Shown here: positions 59,025 to 64,000 of the stretch, piece by piece | Position numbering within the stretch: position 1 is the first letter of the stretch | Layout: each line of letters starts with the position of its first letter | IMG/VR virus record: IMGVR_UViG_3300005201_000719 | Origin: an uncultured virus (IMG/VR IMGVR_UViG_3300005201_000719) | Lineage: Duplodnaviria; Heunggongvirae; Uroviricota; Caudoviricetes | DNA length: 64,000 bases | Direction: 5' to 3' (one strand) | Notes under the pieces: model-generated | What the model saw: the letters and a program-made list of their open reading frames with translations, nothing else | What the model was told of the DNA's origin: nothing | The model's database searches: none | Program-made: the position numbers and the translations under genes

Positions 59025-59123
59025 TGGACCGGGGCGGAATCGAACCGCCGTTTTGACTGGTCGGGAAAAGGAGGTTTCAGAGGAAACCCGCCCACCCATG
59101 CCATACCACTAGACCACCGATCC
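59025..59123 (-). ncRNA. tRNA-like RNA with an oversized anticodon arm
   Basis: Acceptor GGATCGG/CCGGTCC-A, D loop AGTGGTA, T arm GGCGG-TTCGATT-CCGCC; ~49 nt where ~22 are expected. Confidence 0.6.
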
Positions 59124-59226
59124 AAAACCGCACAGAGCCGCGGCGTACACCCATGAACCTTCTGTGCCTATCCGTGCGTCCACGGACGGAAACTTCCGGC
59201 AGGTTTGGTTTAGCCCTCTGTGCGGA

Positions 59227-59307
59227 TGGGGACGGCAGGGGGCGAACCCTGCATGGCCTAGGCGCGCTGCCACTGGGCCGATTTGTATGACACCGCACCA
59301 CATCCCC
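59227..59307 (-). ncRNA. Degenerate tRNA-like RNA
   Basis: Acceptor GGGGATG/CGTCCCC-A, T-like arm GCAGGG-TTCGCC-CCCTGC, central stem GGCCCAG/CTAGGCC. Confidence 0.45.
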
Positions 59308-59509
59308 GGTAGGACACCCGATTTATATCCCGCTCGCTCCCTACTATCGCGGTTGCCCGTCTCTCCGGGCTGCCAAGCCTCTACTCCGTTCTGCCTCGGG
59401 CTTCCTACAGCTTCTCATCCAGTCGGATTTTGGGTGGGACTACATACGGCGTTGTACCCACAAATTCCGGACAGCCAGTACCTACACTATCCGTACCGTA
59501 AATTTTGAT

Positions 59510-59581
59510 TAGCAGGGGCTGGAATTGAACCAGCGACATCCGGCTTATGAGGCCGGCAAGCTACCGCTGCTTTACCCTGCC
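59510..59581 (-). tRNA. tRNA with CAT anticodon (Met, or Ile2); CCA not encoded
   Basis: GGCAGGG/CCCTGCT acceptor, AAGC/GCTT D stem, CCGGC-CTCATAA-GCCGG, GCTGG-TTCAATT-CCAGC. Confidence 0.9.
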
Positions 59582-59695
59582 TGGTTTTTTACCTCCTTTC
59601 TTTTCTTCCACGGAAAAACTTATGCCTCTTGTGGTTGTTAACCAGCCACAAGCCGATAAAACCGAAAACCCCGGCGATTACCAGAATCAATACGA

Positions 59696-60292
59696 TCATT
59701 TTTTTTGCGCTTCTTTCGGCGGTTCATCAGCCGGTTTCTTTTCTTCCTGACATGAGACCTTGATCGTTTCCATGCAGTTTGTAGATATGACAAGAACGTC
59801 CGTAGGAACAGTAATGTCCCCGGATGATTTTGATTTTCTCAAAATGATTTCGTCATAATCTTTGTTCTTTGAATTGGCCACAACCGCGCGGGCGTTAATA
59901 ATGGCGCCGCGGTTAATTTCCTGACCTATCGATCTGAGAATGGCGTCAACAATCTCCGTTGTCTTTTCTCTGACAAGCCCGTATGCAGATTTAGTCCGCA
60001 GATTGGTATCCAGCTTTTCAAGATAATTCTTGACGACCTCGTTTCCCTTTGTTGAAACCACACTGCAAAGCAAATCCTTCTGTTCGCTGGTCAATTCAAG
60101 GTTATTTTCCATGAAGGAATTTACCCTAAGATCATCAGCAAGCTTATTCGTAAGATCGCCAAAAAGATCATCAAGTGCATTAAGCCTGATCACCGATTCA
60201 AAAATATCGTGAACGGTTTCAACAATTTGCTCGTCTATTACCGGCCTGATGTCCTCAAAATCCGGTTGCTGATTTTGTACAACTTTCTTCAT
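59696..60292 (-). CDS. Hypothetical protein
   Basis: 198-aa ORF coupled to rusA. Confidence 0.55.
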   Translation of the reverse strand: MKKVVQNQQPDFEDIRPVIDEQIVETVHDIFESVIRLNALDDLFGDLTNKLADDLRVNSFMENNLELTSEQKDLLCSVVSTKGNEVVKNYLEKLDTNLRTKSAYGLVREKTTEIVDAILRSIGQEINRGAIINARAVVANSKNKDYDEIILRKSKSSGDITVPTDVLVISTNCMETIKVSCQEEKKPADEPPKEAQKK

Positions 60293-60294
60293 CC

Positions 60295-60699
60295 TTATTC
60301 TCCTTCAACGATTATTTGTGCTCCAGGTTTTCTGTCGGCGTAGTATTTCCCCGCGTCAGTCCTGTATACCTGGGCATCATCTTTCCAAACGCCGACATCG
60401 GACATTGAATCCATCACGGCCTTGAGTAAATTGTCTGTATCGGGCCGCTTTGTATGTGGTACGTTAAGGCTGTTTCCGGCGTTCTTCATTTTCTTTGGTC
60501 GGGGCAAATAAAAGCACACTCGCAATATCACCGGTCCGACAATGGTAGGGCGGCGGCACGGAAGAAACGCTGCTTCGATTTGTGCTTTCCATGCTTTGAC
60601 CTCAGATGAGTTGGAATAAAAATTCCCATACTGTCCCAAGCGCGGCCTTGATTGCGCCCTGGGTATACCGTTGACGAACAGGTGATACAGAACTTTCAC
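60295..60699 (-). CDS. rusA: RusA-family Holliday junction resolvase
   Basis: GIPRAQSRPR, KRPDTDNLLKAVMD, WKDDAQV. Confidence 0.9.
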   Translation of the reverse strand: MKVLYHLFVNGIPRAQSRPRLGQYGNFYSNSSEVKAWKAQIEAAFLPCRRPTIVGPVILRVCFYLPRPKKMKNAGNSLNVPHTKRPDTDNLLKAVMDSMSDVGVWKDDAQVYRTDAGKYYADRKPGAQIIVEGE

Positions 60700-60858
60700 T
60701 ACCGCAAATCTCCGATGGGGTAGTTGCTCATTGCCTCTTTTATGGCAAGCCCCAGATTGATTACCCGATCACACAACCGGCGCAGTACCGGGATCTTCTT
60801 ATGCCCCATGCGCTCGCCGAAATCTTTGATCCGCGTTCCACAGCGGTAAACAAAACCT

Positions 60859-61227
60859 TTAATCATAAATCGTTCCCTCCCGTAGTTTTGCGGGGGCTGC
60901 TCCGAATGGCGTTGTCAGACCCCCGCTTTGAATGTCAATTCTTTTTTTGTCAGCTACATCACACACCTCCTTTTTATCCTTTGGCTTAGTGGCGGCCGGA
61001 ACTTCTTTTTTCTCCAGCCAGTCACTAATGTCCGCAGAATCCATAAACCTTTTCCCGGCGTCCAGCAAAAACCACTTGAACGGAAGCGTCCCGTTTCTCA
61101 TGTGCCTGTAGTACCAGTCCTTTCCGAGCCGGGTTATCTTCACGGCTTCATCGACTGACAGCAGTTGGCCGCGGACCGACTTCAAAACTTGCGGTACTGC
61201 GTTGCTTTGCCTCAAGCCTTCCTCCAT
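60859..61227 (-). CDS. Excisionase/Cro-like HTH protein
   Basis: LLSVDEAVKITRLGKDWYY...DISDWL; divergent from the repressor. Confidence 0.7.
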   Translation of the reverse strand: MEEGLRQSNAVPQVLKSVRGQLLSVDEAVKITRLGKDWYYRHMRNGTLPFKWFLLDAGKRFMDSADISDWLEKKEVPAATKPKDKKEVCDVADKKRIDIQSGGLTTPFGAAPAKLREGTIYD

Positions 61228-61371
61228 AAAAAAAAGGGAATTGCCATCCTGGCCCTTTCGGGTGGAGGTGTTCTGGGCACCCCCGGATAGCAATTCCCTG
61301 TTTCACCCTGCCCAGAACAAGGTATCTTCTTCTTTAAGCCTTCCGGAGCTCCTAAAAGCCACGGAAGACCG

Positions 61372-61450
61372 AGCCACTTTAGTGGCGTTTATCTCACTAT
61401 AAAGCCAAAATAATGGCTTCGTCAAGCGGTAAAGCCACTTTTTTGGCTTT
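61372..61450. promoter_or_regulatory. Three operator palindromes GCCA-N6-TGGC overlapping the leftward promoter
   Basis: Sites at 61373-61386, 61402-61419 and 61431-61450; TTGACG-18-TATAGT on the minus strand at 61425-61396. Confidence 0.75.
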
Positions 61451-61479
61451 TTTTTTCAGAAAAAGCCGAAATTATTGCT

Positions 61480-61902
61480 ATGAATTCAAAATTTTGGGAA
61501 AATGTTCGCGAGCAGATAAAAGACAAGAAAGATAGTCAGAAGTGGCTTGCGGATGCCTCGGGGGTTGGACGGACAGCGATAAACAATGGTATTGCCAAAC
61601 TGAATAAGCCAGAAACCAAGGGAAATACCGTAATAAACAGTCCGTCAGCCGACAATGCCTTTGCCATTGCACGGGTTCTAAAAACAACGGTTGAAGAACT
61701 GGTAGCCGGTCCGATTGGCGCTGAGTATGTCCGGCAGCTTTATGCCGCCAAGGGGTTACTATGGGAGCCTCCCGGGCGTATCGCCGACATCGTGGCGGTG
61801 CTGGACGCCGTAGACGATGAAACGCTGGATACAGTCAGGACAATGCTTCTCCCGCTGAAAGAAAAAAAGGGAGACGTTGCATCCGGTTTGGCGACAGGGT
61901 GA
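61480..61902 (+). CDS. XRE-family HTH repressor
   Basis: SQKWLADASGVGRTAI, PSADNAFAIARVLKTTVEELV. Confidence 0.85.
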   Translation: MNSKFWENVREQIKDKKDSQKWLADASGVGRTAINNGIAKLNKPETKGNTVINSPSADNAFAIARVLKTTVEELVAGPIGAEYVRQLYAAKGLLWEPPGRIADIVAVLDAVDDETLDTVRTMLLPLKEKKGDVASGLATG

Positions 61903-61923
61903 TGTACTTAAATTGAAGGAATT

Positions 61924-62217
61924 ATGCCAAGAAAGGTAGATCCGGAATTATTGCGGAAGCTCGCAGCAGAAAATAGAAGGCAAATGGAAGAATGCGGTCT
62001 CAAACTGTACGAATGGTCTACTTGTGGGGATGAGCGTGTCAGCCCGGCTCATGCTTTAATGGAAGGAAAAATCTGTAAGTGGGCAGATCCTACGGTTTGC
62101 TCGACCAATGGGAAAACGTGGAAACCCCGCCCGAAAGGAGCGCCTCACGCCCACCCCGGGGAAGAGGAAGGCTGCCGCTGTACCGCAATGAGCTACAGCA
62201 AAGAACTTTTGGATTAA
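61924..62217 (+). CDS. Stand-alone mini-MuF domain protein
   Basis: YEWSTCGDERV..H, HPG...CRCTA; 40/67 identical to the MuF core of 23740-25788. Confidence 0.85.
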   Translation: MPRKVDPELLRKLAAENRRQMEECGLKLYEWSTCGDERVSPAHALMEGKICKWADPTVCSTNGKTWKPRPKGAPHAHPGEEEGCRCTAMSYSKELLD

Positions 62218-62387
62218 GTTTTGGGAAAAAAAAGCTGCCCGTTCCAACAGTAGTCTTGAGGGAAAACTGATGTACACCGGGCAGCGATAGGTTCACAAAG
62301 TAAACCCAATTATCATTGTTAGCAATAATCGCATTGTTTGTCAACAAAGTTAGCGGAAAAAATTATATTCTCAAAGATAATAATGCT

Positions 62388-62573
62388 ATGGATAAGCAAG
62401 TTGTCTCAAAAGGGTTCCGCATTTCAGTAAAGGCAGACGAGGTTTTGAAGGAAGTGTCAAAACGGGACTTTCGGGACTTCCCAACCGTTGTAAGGTATTC
62501 GCTCCTTGCGTACGTCCAAAAGCAGCACCCGGATTTGTACGATGCCCTTGCCGCGGAATTCACCCCGCAATAA
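62388..62573 (+). CDS. Small ribbon-helix-helix-like protein
   Basis: KGFRISVKADEVLKEVS...VVRYSLLAYV pattern. Confidence 0.5.
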   Translation: MDKQVVSKGFRISVKADEVLKEVSKRDFRDFPTVVRYSLLAYVQKQHPDLYDALAAEFTPQ

Positions 62574-62683
62574 GCCCTTTACGGTCCAAAGTATTGCCAG
62601 ACACCTCGTTTTTGGACGTCCAGGGTTATTGTCTTATATACCATCCTCTTTTATACTCACTGGTACTGAATAAGGAGTTACCA

Positions 62684-63085
62684 ATGAGAAAAGCCGTTTT
62701 TATCGTTTTTCTGGCCGCAATAGCCGTGTCCGCGTGGGCCGGAACAGAGTTCCGGGATGCCTGCCGGAAGATTATTTATTCGGCCAATCCTGTTGACGAG
62801 GTTGCCAAGATAAATGATGACCGCCTGCGGTCGCTGACGCGGTTCGCCTTGGGGATAGCCGCCGAGGGCCAAGACCCCCTAAACGAGAATGACGCCCTGA
62901 TGTTTGCCTTCCTCGGTCGTGTGGAAATGCGGCGCCGACAGGCTACAGCAAACGAGTTCTCCCTGTTCCTGCAGGAAGAAAGGGAAAAACTACGCCCCTA
63001 TATCAAGGGGAGCGGCGACGTCACGGCATACGTCAAAATGGATAACTGGATCGATATGTACCAGTTAAAGCTCATTACCGGATAA
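62684..63085 (+). CDS. Exported protein with a signal peptide
   Basis: AAGGAG RBS; MRKAVFIVFLAAIAVSAWA. Confidence 0.7.
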   Translation: MRKAVFIVFLAAIAVSAWAGTEFRDACRKIIYSANPVDEVAKINDDRLRSLTRFALGIAAEGQDPLNENDALMFAFLGRVEMRRRQATANEFSLFLQEEREKLRPYIKGSGDVTAYVKMDNWIDMYQLKLITG

Positions 63086-63092
63086 TACGTTA

Positions 63093-64000
63093 TTACGACG
63101 CCTTAAACTTGATGACGTTCGGCGGATCTTCCTTTGGCGGTTCCGCCGCTTTTTCCGTTGCCTCTGTAATAATACTCCCAATATCACGGATCGTCTTACT
63201 TGTTGAATGAAGGTAGTTTATTGTCGTTTTCAGATCCGAGTGGCCTAACAGTTCTTGAATGTATCGTAAAGAAACGTTCCTTGCCTCCAGCAATGACGCC
63301 AGGGAATGACGCGAGCTGTGCGGAACAATTTCACGGCCGTTTAATTCTATCCCAGCTTTATTAAGCCATTTCTCAAAATGAGCGCCTATCCACCAAGCTG
63401 AGGGGATACTCCCGTCCTTGCGAGAAAACACAAATTCATGTTGGCCGTTTTCGGCCCACAGTTTTTTTATTGCCGCCTGTAGGATTGGATCAAATGGGGC
63501 TTTTCTTTCCTTTTTCCCTTTCGGTGGCCCCAGCACCTTGTCTTTATAGTCAAACATTTGCCATGCCCTGCGAACCATTATCTTTGGGGTGTGCCAGTCC
63601 AGATCCTCAGGCTTCAAAGCAAATACCTCAGCTCGGCGTAAACCAGAAAGGAACATCGCGCCGCACACCGCCAGATCCATAGTCTCAGTTAGAATACCCG
63701 GCATGAATAGCTGTAGCATTTCATCTTCCGGAAGGTGGTCTCTTGTCTTGCCTTCATATTTTGTAAGGTCAATGTACATGAATGGGTTTAGCCATTTGCG
63801 GTTTTTTCGTTGATATTGTTTGAACGCCATTTTGAAAAACTTTATAACGCCGGTCGCAGTACGAGTGCCGCCTAACATCTGATCGGATTCCTTTTTTCCT
63901 ATCAACTTTTTTTTAACGGATAATCGGGACATGAATTCCAAAATATCTTCTTCTTCAGTCTCAGCCATTTTTAACGAGGCTATCACATCGTTTTTTATGT
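63093..64000 (-). CDS. int: Tyrosine recombinase/integrase; 5' end lies beyond the window
   Basis: SGLRRAEV, HSSRH, LLGHSDLKTTINYLH. Confidence 0.93.
   Translation of the reverse strand, partial: IKNDVIASLKMAETEEEDILEFMSRLSVKKKLIGKKESDQMLGGTRTATGVIKFFKMAFKQYQRKNRKWLNPFMYIDLTKYEGKTRDHLPEDEMLQLFMPGILTETMDLAVCGAMFLSGLRRAEVFALKPEDLDWHTPKIMVRRAWQMFDYKDKVLGPPKGKKERKAPFDPILQAAIKKLWAENGQHEFVFSRKDGSIPSAWWIGAHFEKWLNKAGIELNGREIVPHSSRHSLASLLEARNVSLRYIQELLGHSDLKTTINYLHSTSKTIRDIGSIITEATEKAAEPPKEDPPNVIKFKAS

Larger units (their letters stand above)
1..64000 (-). mobile_element. Temperate prophage/phage with contractile tail, carrying a DGR; boundaries not visible in the window
   Basis: Continuous integrase-repressor-replication-terminase-portal-capsid-sheath-tape measure-baseplate gene order, with no host housekeeping operon in the window. 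Confidence 0.95.

Noticed and set aside
59025..59123. tmRNA or an attachment-site tRNA fragment
   Set aside because: The matching 5' acceptor strand is only 99 nt away, leaving no room for a tag ORF. It lies inside the early operon and no second copy was seen.
59077..59508. Small ORFs in the tRNA-like array
   Set aside because: They have no RBS or protein motifs, and the region is better explained by RNA structure.
63986..64000. Prophage att sites
   Set aside because: The integrase is cut by the window edge and no host DNA is visible, so boundaries cannot be placed.

Overview
The whole window is one temperate tailed (pro)phage of the myovirus type, about 64 kb, with almost all genes on the minus strand. 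Read from right to left it holds: a tyrosine integrase (cut by the window edge); a repressor switch with three operator palindromes; early, recombination and replication genes; a transporter-ParB-PAPS-reductase (IbrAB-like) cluster; terminase and portal; a MuF head protein with a papain-like C-terminal extension; capsid, contractile tail and baseplate genes; and a putative lysis region. The main system is a complete diversity-generating retroelement (DGR): a tail-fibre target with VR1, Avd, a template repeat (TR) rich in AAY codons, a structured spacer and an RT with SQ and YMDD motifs. The same TR also matches a second variable repeat (VR2) about 54 kb away, at the 3' end of a gene in the early region that has no tail-fibre anchor. 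VR2 differs from the TR only at adenines. This remote target lies directly downstream of an array of one tRNA(CAT) and several tRNA-like structured RNAs. Other oddities are a stand-alone mini-MuF paralogue next to the repressor, a twice-repeated promoter-leader-terminator element beside a DUF2292-like micro-gene, and a -1 frameshift site in the tail chaperone. The SSB and YchJ sequences suggest a spirochaete (Treponema-like) host, which is inference only. All family names come from reading motifs by eye; no database search was run.
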